From a virus: a stretch of DNA of 64,000 nucleotides. The stretch lies in IMG/VR virus record IMGVR_UViG_3300044638_007100; one strand, written 5' to 3'. The notes under the pieces are model-generated. The model saw only the letters and a list, made by a program, of their open reading frames with translations, ran no database searches and was not told the DNA's origin. The translations under genes were made by a program, and so were the position numbers. Below are positions 35,563 to 44,195 of this stretch, in pieces; position 1 is the stretch's first letter; each line of letters starts with the position of its first letter.

Positions 35563-35637
35563 TGGAGCGAAATATCGGATTTGAACCGATGACATCAACC
35601 TTGGCAAGGTTGCGTTCTACCACTGAACTAATTCCGC
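35563..35637 (-). tRNA. tRNA-Gly(GCC)
   Basis: Loop TTGCCAA; CCA encoded. Confidence 0.92.
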
Positions 35638-35689
35638 AGGTTAGCACTCATTCTGTTATCCCCCGTTAAAAGGCAGATATAAGCACCAA

Positions 35690-35763
35690 TGGACCCAAGG
35701 AGAATCGAACTCCTCACAGTTTGCTTGCAAAGCAATCTCGCCAGCCTTGGTACATGTGAGCCC
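35690..35763 (-). tRNA. tRNA-Ala(UGC)
   Basis: Loop TTTGCAA; G3-U70. Confidence 0.85.
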
Positions 35764-35764
35764 G

Positions 35765-35838
<74 letters not shown>

Positions 35839-35844
35839 GTAAAC

Positions 35845-35896
35845 TAGATGATTGTTTTTTCTACCAAAAAGAAAGTAAGAATTGCTGAATCATCTA
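35845..35896 (-). repeat. CAGCAA stem element 8
   Basis: TAGATGATT-CAGCAA-loop-AATCATCTA; stem identical to element 1. Confidence 0.8.
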
Positions 35897-35897
35897 A

Positions 35898-35986
35898 TGG
35901 GAGAAGAGGGAATTGAACCCCCGAGGCTAAAAAACCACTCCAGTTTTACAGACTGGTACTACGTTGCCAACAGTAGACATCCTCCC
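35898..35986 (-). tRNA. tRNA-Tyr(GUA)
   Basis: Loop CTGTAAA; long variable arm. Confidence 0.88.
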
Positions 35987-36022
35987 ATTCAGTTTATATT
36001 TAATGACCGAACTGACGGTCGA

Positions 36023-36096
36023 TGGGTCTGGCGGGACTCGAACCCGCAACTTCCAGGTTAAAAGCCCGTTACTGCTACCAGTTGAGTTACAGACCC
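36023..36096 (-). tRNA. tRNA-Lys(UUU)
   Basis: Loop CTTTTAA. Confidence 0.88.
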
Positions 36097-36156
36097 ATAT
36101 AATATAGGATTTCTATTTAATTGTCAAGGTTCTGGTGGTCTCTCAACCACCCTTTT

Positions 36157-36214
36157 AGAATACCACCGAATCAAGTTTGAATCAAGTGGTGTGTGCCAGT
36201 TTCAGAATTGGAAC
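36157..36214 (-). promoter_or_regulatory. Sigma70-type promoter for the tRNA array with upstream imperfect palindrome
   Basis: TTGATT-17-TATTCT preceded by ...AACTGGCAC; downstream AGGGTGGTTGAGAGACCACC nearly identical to 31574-31595. Confidence 0.65.
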
Positions 36215-36315
36215 TTGGCGTTTGGGGTCTCGTTCCCCCACCGATTTACTTAGAATACCACTGCTTCAAACTTTTGGGAAGAAGAGTGGACACTTATGAA
36301 ACTGTCCCAAGCAAC

Positions 36316-36355
36316 AAAAAAGGGGAGGAAACTTTTAGTTTCTCTCCCCTTTTGC
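36316..36355 (-). terminator. Intrinsic terminator (candidate attenuator)
   Basis: AAAAGGGGAG-AGAAAC-TAAAA-GTTTC-CTCCCC-TTTTTT. Confidence 0.8.
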
Positions 36356-36372
36356 TTTATGTTAGAATGACT

Positions 36373-36486
36373 TCATTCTTTCATAATAGCAGAAGGGGAC
36401 TCACACGCAATATGCCCGCATGAATTCCAATCAGACATATTGCTGAGTGGATATGTAAATTGGGGTTTTGCGAACGAACGAGTCAT
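36373..36486 (-). CDS. 37-aa putative leader peptide
   Basis: MTRSFAKPQFTYPLSNMSDWNSCGHIACESPSAIMKE; TATAAATA at 36515-36508 upstream; terminator downstream. Confidence 0.6.
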   Translation of the reverse strand: MTRSFAKPQFTYPLSNMSDWNSCGHIACESPSAIMKE

Positions 36487-36539
36487 TTTTGTTTTACAAG
36501 TATGTTTTATTTATAAGACTTTTTTGGAAAAAAGTCAAG

Positions 36540-36613
36540 CGCCTCAGGTAGGATTCGAACCTACGGCTAACCGCTTAGAAGGCGGATACTCTAGTCCACT
36601 GAGTTACTGAGGC
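36540..36613 (-). tRNA. tRNA-Arg(UCU)
   Basis: Loop CTTCTAA; promoter TTGACA(36716)-17-TATAAT upstream. Confidence 0.92.
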
Positions 36614-36712
36614 ATAAACCTTCCAATATTGGAAGGTATTGGACTTACAATAACGGTGGTTGAATCCCCTCCGCTGCCTATGAGATCATTATAGGGTCTT
36701 TGTGCTCAGGTG

Positions 36713-36907
36713 TCAACCTGCTGCCTTTGCTTCCTTACGTGCTGCCTTCTCTTCAGTGATCTCTCCCCTCCGTGCCTTGACGAGTTTGGCAACTTCCTGA
36801 AGTGCCTTACGAGCACGAGTTCCTGCTGCACTATTGCCAGCAGCAAACTTTTCGTCTTCTACTTTCCATGCTTCAACGGCATTTAAGAGTTCTTGTGATA
36901 CAGACAT
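36713..36907 (-). CDS. Histone H1-like (Hc1-type) basic protein
   Basis: GNSAAGTRARKALQEVAKLVKARR motif. Confidence 0.7.
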   Translation of the reverse strand: MSVSQELLNAVEAWKVEDEKFAAGNSAAGTRARKALQEVAKLVKARRGEITEEKAARKEAKAAG

Positions 36908-36941
36908 GATAATCTCCAAAAAATAAGATATGATTATATAG

Positions 36942-37358
36942 TCAGTTTTTTGGACAATCTTCTACCCAAACTGCACAAATTCTCATTGGAGGTGCAAGTG
37001 CCTTACATTCATCAGTATAGCAGACACTTTCATCATTCTTTTCATCAACATATTTTGGTTTATATTTTTGATCTGCTTCTTCAATAATACGATCATATTC
37101 TGAAGTTACATTTTGAATTGCTCTATCAACATCTCTGCCAATTCTGCGATTCAGTTTTTCAGGATCTTTAATTATAAATTCATTAAGAATAGTTTGTGGG
37201 AAATATTTTCTTTGAATCTCATCAAATAAATCCCAAAGTCCATTTTCAGATACTCCAGTACACTGGGAGAGTATTGCAATCATAGAACTCAGTACAATTC
37301 CTATAATTGCATACTGCTTTATATCTGGTTTTTTATTTCCAAAATTGAAATTAAACAT
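36942..37358 (-). CDS. Hypothetical protein with N-terminal membrane anchor or signal
   Basis: IIGIVLSSMIAILSQC; C-terminal Cys residues. Confidence 0.6.
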   Translation of the reverse strand: MFNFNFGNKKPDIKQYAIIGIVLSSMIAILSQCTGVSENGLWDLFDEIQRKYFPQTILNEFIIKDPEKLNRRIGRDVDRAIQNVTSEYDRIIEEADQKYKPKYVDEKNDESVCYTDECKALAPPMRICAVWVEDCPKN

Positions 37359-37400
37359 AAATGGGGAGATCTAACCCTCCCCACTATTTATTCTATTGTG

Positions 37401-38042
37401 TCAAACTTCTGCTAGGATCAGTCGGTTGGCATAATTATAAGCAAAATCAGTTCTTGCTCCGTGATGACCCCAACGGATCCACTTTCTAGCAAGTCTCATA
37501 TAATCATTAATAGACTTACCAGGAGTTTTCATTTGATTCTCAATCATCTTCCAATCACCTTCGTGCAGCATATAGTCAAGTTGTGCATCCAGTGAGGAAG
37601 GATTAGCACCAATACGAGCAGCATGTCTTCCTAGTCCATAAAAACGAGGAGCATTAGTCCATTGAATAATGCCATACCCCCCACCACAGTTAGGATAGGA
37701 AGTTCTAGCACCACCTTCACAGATATTAGGAGTGAAGGTAGATTCTTGTCGGATATTGCCCATAATGGTTGCTAGGGCGTTTTTGTCACTGATTCCTCGT
37801 TTCTGTAAGAATTCCAGAGTACGGGACTCATTGGTATTACATCCTTTACAAACTAATCGTTTTACTTTAGGTTTCTCGGGAACAACCTCTTTGGTCTCTG
37901 TCTCTTGAGTAGGCGCTTCAGGAATAATCGCAAATGGCGGTTTTACTGAAGATGTTGCCATACTCGGTGCTGGCAGTGTTGCCGCTGATGTTGCAACCGC
38001 ACCTAAAAGAGCTACGGTTACATTTGTTAGGTTTTTAAGCAT
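37401..38042 (-). CDS. Secreted phage-tail-lysozyme-family muramidase
   Basis: Signal-like N-terminus MLKNLTNV; ATIMGNIRQES; GYGIIQWT; QLDYM. Confidence 0.75.
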   Translation of the reverse strand: MLKNLTNVTVALLGAVATSAATLPAPSMATSSVKPPFAIIPEAPTQETETKEVVPEKPKVKRLVCKGCNTNESRTLEFLQKRGISDKNALATIMGNIRQESTFTPNICEGGARTSYPNCGGGYGIIQWTNAPRFYGLGRHAARIGANPSSLDAQLDYMLHEGDWKMIENQMKTPGKSINDYMRLARKWIRWGHHGARTDFAYNYANRLILAEV

Positions 38043-38172
38043 TAATTTTAATTGAATTCGGCATCCGTTTAGAAAGGGGGTACACCCAACCTCTCGGAGG
38101 GCACTTTCCACGGCTCTAAGTGTCACATCAATGACTCATAGTAAAAAACCCACCATTTGAGTGGGTCTACGC
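38040..38172 (-). ncRNA. manA-like cyanophage RNA motif (5' UTR of the lysozyme gene)
   Basis: GAGCCGTGGAAAGTGCCCTCCGAGAGG..GGTGTACCCCCTTTCTAAACGGATG; structured and GC-rich; from recollection, not a search. Confidence 0.5.
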
Positions 38173-38197
38173 ATTATAAGTGATTATTTAGGATCTG

Positions 38198-38389
38198 TCA
38201 AGCCTCTGGATCTTCGGTCTCCTCTACCTCCTCGGCAGGGTCAGGTTCGGGAAGAGTTACGCCAATTTGAGTAAGATACTCAATTGCTCCCTGAACTTTA
38301 AGTAGAAGTTCTCTTTTCTCAGTCGTTTCCTGAGAAAGAGACTGCCTTTGTTGAAGTAAATTAATGAGATGTTCTTGTTGTTCAGTCAT
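38198..38389 (-). CDS. Small acidic coiled-coil protein
   Basis: 63 aa; TATAAATA upstream. Confidence 0.6.
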   Translation of the reverse strand: MTEQQEHLINLLQQRQSLSQETTEKRELLLKVQGAIEYLTQIGVTLPEPDPAEEVEETEDPEA

Positions 38390-38456
38390 AATTTTAAATA
38401 AAAATTCGTTTTATTTATAATGGGTCAATAAATACATTATACTACAAAATCGAAAA

Positions 38457-38570
38457 ATGTCAAAGTCACCAAATAAGGGTAAAAAAGGTTCTGCTGGTGG
38501 CAAGCAATCCAAACAAAATCAGGGTAATGCGACTGCCAAAAAAGCAAAGAACGGAGGTAAGAAAAAGTGA
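38457..38570 (+). CDS. 37-aa Lys/Gly-rich basic peptide
   Basis: MSKSPNKGKKGSAGGKQSKQNQGNATAKKAKNGGKKK; ATAAATA upstream on the + strand. Confidence 0.55.
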   Translation: MSKSPNKGKKGSAGGKQSKQNQGNATAKKAKNGGKKK

Positions 38571-38576
38571 GGTATT

Positions 38577-38768
38577 ATGCCAAGAGAATGGAATACTCCT
38601 AATAGAGAACCTTGGAATACGCCAATACACAACATCCTGAAGGCAATTGATAATCATACTCAAGAGTATTTCAAAAGTGGTGATACTTGGCATCTAGAGA
38701 AAGCAGATATATTAAGAACTTATATTCACGAACTTAAAACTTGGATTCATAATCAAGAAAAAAAATGA
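38577..38768 (+). CDS. Hypothetical protein
   Basis: GAGG RBS; 63 aa. Confidence 0.65.
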   Translation: MPREWNTPNREPWNTPIHNILKAIDNHTQEYFKSGDTWHLEKADILRTYIHELKTWIHNQEKK

Positions 38769-38805
38769 AAGAATGTTAAATGAGGGTATTGCATATCCTT
38801 ACGTC

Positions 38806-39285
38806 TTATAATTTTCTCCAAAGTTTTCCTTCAGCAATTCTTCTTCTCAATAATCCTGCTTCTACATCACTTCCAGGATTTTTGTAAAGTTCAAGAGCAG
38901 CAGGAACTTTACCCCATTCTTTATTCTTAAGAACTCTAGTTATGGTCACATATCCTCGACTACCATAAAAATTAGCACCAAGGTTATAAGCAAAAGACAA
39001 TAAAGCACCGCGCTGATAATCATTCATCTCACTCCAATAAGGTATTTGTTTCAGTGCTGAAAGAAATTCATTTTGTATCTGCCAATCAAACAATTCATCT
39101 GCTTCTTTCTGAGTAATCTTTTCTCCTAACTTAAAAGGACTTCCATCCTTCTTACGAGTGCTTCCCCATCCTATAGTATAAGGTTTTCCTTTAGTATAAG
39201 GATCTGGATATGCTACTAATTTACATTTTTCAAATTCTTTAATGAGTTCTATTCCTTCTTTCAGAATAGAACTTTCTACTTTTTT
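38806..39285 (-). CDS. GH24 phage lysozyme domain without its own start codon (-1 frame of the upstream ORF)
   Basis: Open from 39288: ...IKEFEKCKLVAYPDPYTKGKPYTIGWG...GALLSFAYNLG...GLLRRRIAEGKLW; in-frame TGA at 39291-39289 and no ATG before the catalytic residues. Confidence 0.8.
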   Translation of the reverse strand, partial: KKVESSILKEGIELIKEFEKCKLVAYPDPYTKGKPYTIGWGSTRKKDGSPFKLGEKITQKEADELFDWQIQNEFLSALKQIPYWSEMNDYQRGALLSFAYNLGANFYGSRGYVTITRVLKNKEWGKVPAALELYKNPGSDVEAGLLRRRIAEGKLWRKL

Positions 39286-39304
39286 ACATCAAAGATTCTT
39301 CCCC
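39245..39304 (-). promoter_or_regulatory. Programmed -1 ribosomal frameshift signal
   Basis: GGGGAAG SD-like element, A AAA AAG (39285-39279), TAG, then a 10-bp AGTTCTATTC/GAATAGAACT hairpin. Confidence 0.7.
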
Positions 39305-39971
39305 ATCCAGTCCTATCTTTTCCTTTCTCTAACCAACGATACATCAGATCAGACTTTTTGTAAACAGCACCTTTGCCATTTGTTGCAGGACCAGTATATC
39401 CATCATTCAGAGAACCATAAGGATCATTTACCACATAATCTTCACCCTTCTTACCGATGACTACAACCATGTGCCCACCAGAAGGAGCAGATAGAGTACC
39501 CCTGTGATAGATCCCGATAACAACAGGTCTCCCAGCAGCAAGCTCACGATCAAGATCAGCAAAAGAAAGATTATAACTAAAGTGTGACTTAACTCCATAA
39601 CCTTCCAGAACTTTTGTCTGAACGGTATGATCAGTTGTGTCACCAATTGCAAATACTTTCTGAATATAAGAATCATCACCCTTTGCTCCCTTAAGAGTCC
39701 CTGGTTTAAAGTATTCCAGACACATCGCACAAGAAGATGAATTACAGGTTCTTTGAGCATCTCTGTAATTATCTGTTTGTGGATAATAAGGAACTGCGAG
39801 AACACCAGGAACTGCTGGTTTTGTTCTGAAAATACGAACCCAGTTTGAAGTATCATCAATCAAATCTGGATTCTTATCTGCAAGATCCACTTCAAGTTGC
39901 TCTACTGCAGCAACGTGTTTTGGATTATTAGGATCGAAATGTTGAAAAAAGTTATGAAGATCAATTTTCAT
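39276..39971 (-). CDS. C39-like peptidase (putative cell-wall hydrolase) with cyanobacterial-type N-terminal domain
   Basis: LAVPYYPQ; CNSSSCAM; GRPVVIG; GHMVVVIG; VNDPYG. Confidence 0.8.
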   Translation of the reverse strand: MKIDLHNFFQHFDPNNPKHVAAVEQLEVDLADKNPDLIDDTSNWVRIFRTKPAVPGVLAVPYYPQTDNYRDAQRTCNSSSCAMCLEYFKPGTLKGAKGDDSYIQKVFAIGDTTDHTVQTKVLEGYGVKSHFSYNLSFADLDRELAAGRPVVIGIYHRGTLSAPSGGHMVVVIGKKGEDYVVNDPYGSLNDGYTGPATNGKGAVYKKSDLMYRWLEKGKDRTGWGRIFDVKK

Positions 39972-40004
39972 AATTATTATCCCAAGATATTTTACTTGAA
40001 ATAT

Positions 40005-40199
40005 TTAGTATTTCTCACCAATATATTCAAGAGAAAAAATATCATGCTCCTCAATTTTAGGATCTAACCATTCATTAAATTCTTGTTGAATTGAATAAGC
40101 ATTATGATATTCATGCTCCTCATGAATATCACAAAGAACATGAATACGTTCTATTGCCCAATCATGATTAATACGAAGAGTTTCAATTAAAGTTTCCAT
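40005..40199 (-). CDS. Hypothetical protein
   Basis: 64-aa ORF. Confidence 0.55.
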   Translation of the reverse strand: METLIETLRINHDWAIERIHVLCDIHEEHEYHNAYSIQQEFNEWLDPKIEEHDIFSLEYIGEKY

Positions 40200-40611
40200 A
40201 GTCTTTTTTTAGATACCTGCCTAGGATATTGCTATTGTAGTATGCTGGACTACCATCGTCAAGTGCTTCCTTCAACACATTATTTAAAAAGAGTTGCTTT
40301 GTTTCTTCATAATTACAATCACCTCTTGTCTTATGAAGACTTATAATTTCTCTAGTAAAAAATTCTTTACCATATTTTTTAATATCTTCTTTAAGTTCTG
40401 GGCAAGAACCATAATACTTTTTCCAATCAGATTCTTGTTTAACTTTTCTTTTTTTTCCTGGAGGAGTTCTAAAAGACCAAAAATATTTCCTACCCCAATA
40501 CTTTCTTTGAGTCTTAGAACAAATTATTAAATATACAAATCCAAAATAGTCTTGAATATCTTCAGTTTCAAAAACTTTTCCTTTGAATCTCCAAGGATTC
40601 TCATAGCTCAT
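40183..40611 (-). CDS. GIY-YIG-like protein
   Basis: FGFVYLI..RKYWGRK..WKKYYGS..YEE. Confidence 0.7.
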   Translation of the reverse strand: MSYENPWRFKGKVFETEDIQDYFGFVYLIICSKTQRKYWGRKYFWSFRTPPGKKRKVKQESDWKKYYGSCPELKEDIKKYGKEFFTREIISLHKTRGDCNYEETKQLFLNNVLKEALDDGSPAYYNSNILGRYLKKDYGNFN

Positions 40612-40716
40612 ACTTAAGTCTCAGAGAGCTATTATTTATCCTTCATCCTTAGCAAAGCGATTCTAGCAATAAAAAGGGGGTCTTGTCAACCCCCTGAGAA
40701 TTATGTTATAATAGGA

Positions 40717-41694
40717 TCAATGCTTTCTTGATTCACTTACATAATACTCAATGATGTCATCCCAAGTGTACTCAGAAAGATCATATCCTTCTTCTAAAAG
40801 ATCATCTACCCATTCTGAAACTTCTTCAGCAAAAATATAATTTTGATATTCTTCAATAATTAAACCAACAGCAGATTTATCCATTTCTAACATGATATAA
40901 TGTGCTTCTTCGAGACTATCTGCATGACCACGACCAATCAAGTAATCTAAAAGAATATCATAAGGTTCATAATCATATGATTGTTTTAAAGTTGAGTTTT
41001 TTTGCATAGTTGTTGAAGTAGCAGTTGGTTTTGTTGTTGATGGTGTTGCTGCTTTAAATGCATTTGGATTTTGAGTTAGTGATTGATTGCCTAATTTCAA
41101 TTTTGCAACATCAGGCGATTGAACTGAAGGTGAATTCATAGGAAGTCTAGACTTCATATCTTTCATTAAAGGATTATCAGTTTGTTGAGTTCCACGAATT
41201 CTTGCTCGTTCAGCAGCAGCACTAGCAAGTTTTTGATTTGCCAATTCCCATGTTGATTTACCAGTTTCTTCTGCACCTTTAATATTACCAGTCTTTATTT
41301 GTTGCTTATACAATCCCATTCCACCTTTAATCTTATCTGCAGTTGATGCAGATGCTGATGAGGTTGATTTTGGTTTTGCTGCTTCTGGTTTTGGAGGTCT
41401 TGGTGTGGGTACTGCTGATGGAGTTGGTTTTTCTGCTTCTGGTTTTGAAGGTGTTGTTGGAGGCGTTGCTTCTGGTTTTGGAGAATCTTTCTTTGTAGCA
41501 TCTATGGTTGCTTTAGATTGCCAACCATAATCCTTTCCAGTCCAAACTTTTGTTCCTATACCGGGAAGAGTTCTAGTTTCTCCAGGTTTAGATCCTGGTT
41601 TTTCACCTTTCCAAACAGTCTGTGGATTTTGCCATCCATAATTACCACCAATCCAGACTTTTCCCCCAGGGCCTATTTCTCCAAGTTTTGGCAT
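40717..41694 (-). CDS. Low-complexity late protein with EEGYDLSEY module
   Basis: Pro/Lys-rich linker; C-terminal LLEEGYDLSEYTWDD; TATAAATA upstream. Confidence 0.6.
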   Translation of the reverse strand: MPKLGEIGPGGKVWIGGNYGWQNPQTVWKGEKPGSKPGETRTLPGIGTKVWTGKDYGWQSKATIDATKKDSPKPEATPPTTPSKPEAEKPTPSAVPTPRPPKPEAAKPKSTSSASASTADKIKGGMGLYKQQIKTGNIKGAEETGKSTWELANQKLASAAAERARIRGTQQTDNPLMKDMKSRLPMNSPSVQSPDVAKLKLGNQSLTQNPNAFKAATPSTTKPTATSTTMQKNSTLKQSYDYEPYDILLDYLIGRGHADSLEEAHYIMLEMDKSAVGLIIEEYQNYIFAEEVSEWVDDLLEEGYDLSEYTWDDIIEYYVSESRKH

Positions 41695-41782
41695 TTTTAT
41701 TTTTAATATTACTATCTGTAAAAATATTTATAAAAAAAAGAGGGTCAAAAGACTCTCTAGTGTATTATTTTGAAAAGTGGTC

Positions 41783-42619
41783 TCACCTTTCACCACGCAT
41801 ATGTCTTTCAGATTCTCTTGCTTTTTGAAGTGCCTGACTAGTATTTTGTTTTCCTGGAATATAAGTATGGGCAGATCCAGATTTTCTTTCATTCTCTTTA
41901 TTAAACTTTTTCTGAAGATATTTTGCTCTTCTAGTTTCTTCAATAATACTCTCTCTCCACTCATCATTCATATTTACCATCATGGCAAGTGCTTCTTCCT
42001 CAGTTTCAGCATATCCTTCATCAAGAAGATAACCTTTAATAACATCAAAAATATCAAAATCTTGATTTAATCCATAAGGATTTCTTTCTTGTGATGGTTT
42101 AGATGGTTGGGGTTTTGCTGTTTGTGGTTTTCTTGGACTTGGAATACTACCTGCCGCCTCTCTACCTTGTTGTAAAGCATGACCAGCCCATTCTCTACCT
42201 TTACCCCCAAGAAGAGCCTGATCAGCTGCTGCTGCTAATCCCACCCATGGTAAAACATTACCAGTTTTTGCAAGTATTTCCTTGGTTGTCTGTTTTGCTC
42301 CAGGAATAAATTTAGGTCCTTCTTTAGTTTGTTTAACTGATCCTTGCCAAGCAGTTTTTATAGCACCTTTTCCAGATTCCAGTGCTTTACCAGCAACTGT
42401 TTTTAATACACTTCCTAAACCACCTTCACTAAGATACTCTTCATAGAGTTCATCATAAGTATACTCACTTAAATCATATCCTTCTTCAACTAATTCATCA
42501 ATTACTTGTAGAAATTCTTGAATATTTTCTTGCTCTTGTAAATCACCAGTACAATTATTATAGATAGAAACATAAGATTCTATTAAAGATCTACAGTTTC
42601 CGGCAGTTAATCTTTCCAT
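41783..42619 (-). CDS. Late protein with EEGYDLSEY module
   Basis: LVEEGYDLSEYTYDEL; GYLLDEGYAETEEEA. Confidence 0.6.
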   Translation of the reverse strand: MERLTAGNCRSLIESYVSIYNNCTGDLQEQENIQEFLQVIDELVEEGYDLSEYTYDELYEEYLSEGGLGSVLKTVAGKALESGKGAIKTAWQGSVKQTKEGPKFIPGAKQTTKEILAKTGNVLPWVGLAAAADQALLGGKGREWAGHALQQGREAAGSIPSPRKPQTAKPQPSKPSQERNPYGLNQDFDIFDVIKGYLLDEGYAETEEEALAMMVNMNDEWRESIIEETRRAKYLQKKFNKENERKSGSAHTYIPGKQNTSQALQKARESERHMRGER

Positions 42620-42650
42620 TAGAAATAATACCTTTACTATTATTTATTTA

Positions 42651-44039
42651 TTAAACTGGTCTTGCCATCGTTGAAGAAGATGGTTTAATACCAGTTCCCA
42701 CTTTTTTAGGTCCTACAAGTTTTGGACCTACAATCTTAGGTCCAACCTTTGCCTGACCAACACCACGACCAGGAAGTTTCTGTGCAGTTGCTGCTTGTGG
42801 ATTAATTCCAAGTTGTCTCTGATATTGTTGAGTTCCTCTAAGAGCAGTTCTATATTCTTGTTTTGCTGCCTGGGATTCTGCTGCTTTAGAATATCTACCA
42901 ATATTCAACGCTCTTCCAACTCTTGCTCCAAGACTTGTATCTCTAGATTGAATTGAAGGTCTTGCAAGATAAACTGCCCTTCCTCCTTTATATGCCAAAT
43001 CCCCAACAACTTGTCTACCAGTTTTTGGATCACGAACTAATTGAGTGGAGGAAAGTTTTGCAGTTTTTCCACCAGAAGTAAGAGTTCCTGCTTGTCTATT
43101 AACCGTTGTAGGTCCTCCTACACCTGTAAGAGCGGATCCTTGTCTTGTACCATAGGCACCAGATTGTGATGCAACTTGTCTTGCTCCTCTGGTATCAACT
43201 GTTTGTTGTGCTTTTTGTAGTCCAGATCCTCGATTGATTAATCCACTTCTCTGCTGAAACTTATCAAATCCAATTGATCTTGATACTGCTTGTCTTGCTG
43301 GGCGTGTTTTATTTGCTGCCCAGTCATATGCTTTTCCTGATGTTTCTGCTCCCACCAATCCTGCAGTGATTGCAGCGGCACCTTTAACAATTGGTGGTCC
43401 CGGAACCATGGCACCAAATTTTGCTGCAGCAGCATATCCTGCTAGTTGTGAAGCAGCACCACCTGCTGCTCTTGCTCTAGATTGTCCAGTATCTCTTCTA
43501 TCTTTATAATCTAGTGCAGCACCAGCAACGTTTGCTGCAGGTCCGACAGCATTACCTAAACGTGAACGAAGTCCTGGACCATTTGTTGCTGCTGTGGGGG
43601 GTTTTGCTGTAGGTGCTGGAACGTTACTGGTGGGTGGTTTTGGTGGTGGTGGAGTAGATGCCTTAGGTTGCTTAGGAGGTGCCTGAGTGGTCTTAGGTTC
43701 CGCTTTAGGTGATGGTGGAGTAGATGCCTTAGGTTGTTGTTTAGGAGGAGTTTGAGAGGTTCCAGAAGGTTGTTTAGGCGGTTTTTGTGTGGTTCCAGTT
43801 CCTCGTACATCTTGCCCAGAAACCTTAGTATTTTTAACTTCAAATCCAGATGGAGGTTTACCAGTCTTCATATATCCTTTCATAAATTCTTTGGCAGCAG
43901 CAGTTGTTTTTTCACTACTATTCCTTTCGTAAAATCTTCCACCTTTAGTAAATTCTTTTGGATTTGCATTCATCCAATCTTGCCATGCTTTTTGCGCTTT
44001 TACAGCATCTTCATTCAAAAACTCGCTAAAAGTCTTCAT
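42651..44039 (-). CDS. Basic low-complexity protein, probable internal head protein
   Basis: N-terminal MKTFSEFLNE; TATAAATA upstream. Confidence 0.55.
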   Translation of the reverse strand: MKTFSEFLNEDAVKAQKAWQDWMNANPKEFTKGGRFYERNSSEKTTAAAKEFMKGYMKTGKPPSGFEVKNTKVSGQDVRGTGTTQKPPKQPSGTSQTPPKQQPKASTPPSPKAEPKTTQAPPKQPKASTPPPPKPPTSNVPAPTAKPPTAATNGPGLRSRLGNAVGPAANVAGAALDYKDRRDTGQSRARAAGGAASQLAGYAAAAKFGAMVPGPPIVKGAAAITAGLVGAETSGKAYDWAANKTRPARQAVSRSIGFDKFQQRSGLINRGSGLQKAQQTVDTRGARQVASQSGAYGTRQGSALTGVGGPTTVNRQAGTLTSGGKTAKLSSTQLVRDPKTGRQVVGDLAYKGGRAVYLARPSIQSRDTSLGARVGRALNIGRYSKAAESQAAKQEYRTALRGTQQYQRQLGINPQAATAQKLPGRGVGQAKVGPKIVGPKLVGPKKVGTGIKPSSSTMARPV

Positions 44040-44195
44040 TTATTTCTTACTTTTTTAGATATTTATAAAAAAAGAGGATCTCAACGACCCTCATTATTCA
44101 TCCATTCTTTTTCATAATCATAATCGCCAAACAGAAACTCATCACTTTCTGCTGCCTCTTGGTATGCGTTCAGGATTTCCTGTTCGCACCATTCA

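Noticed and set aside
36440-36445. Ninth CAGCAA element inside the leader ORF
   Set aside because: Not preceded by the characteristic helix and A-rich flank; explained by codons CTC AGC AAT.
39276-39278. Amber read-through or genetic-code reassignment linking peptidase and lysozyme
   Set aside because: The lysozyme is in a different frame, and there is no CUA-anticodon tRNA in the array.
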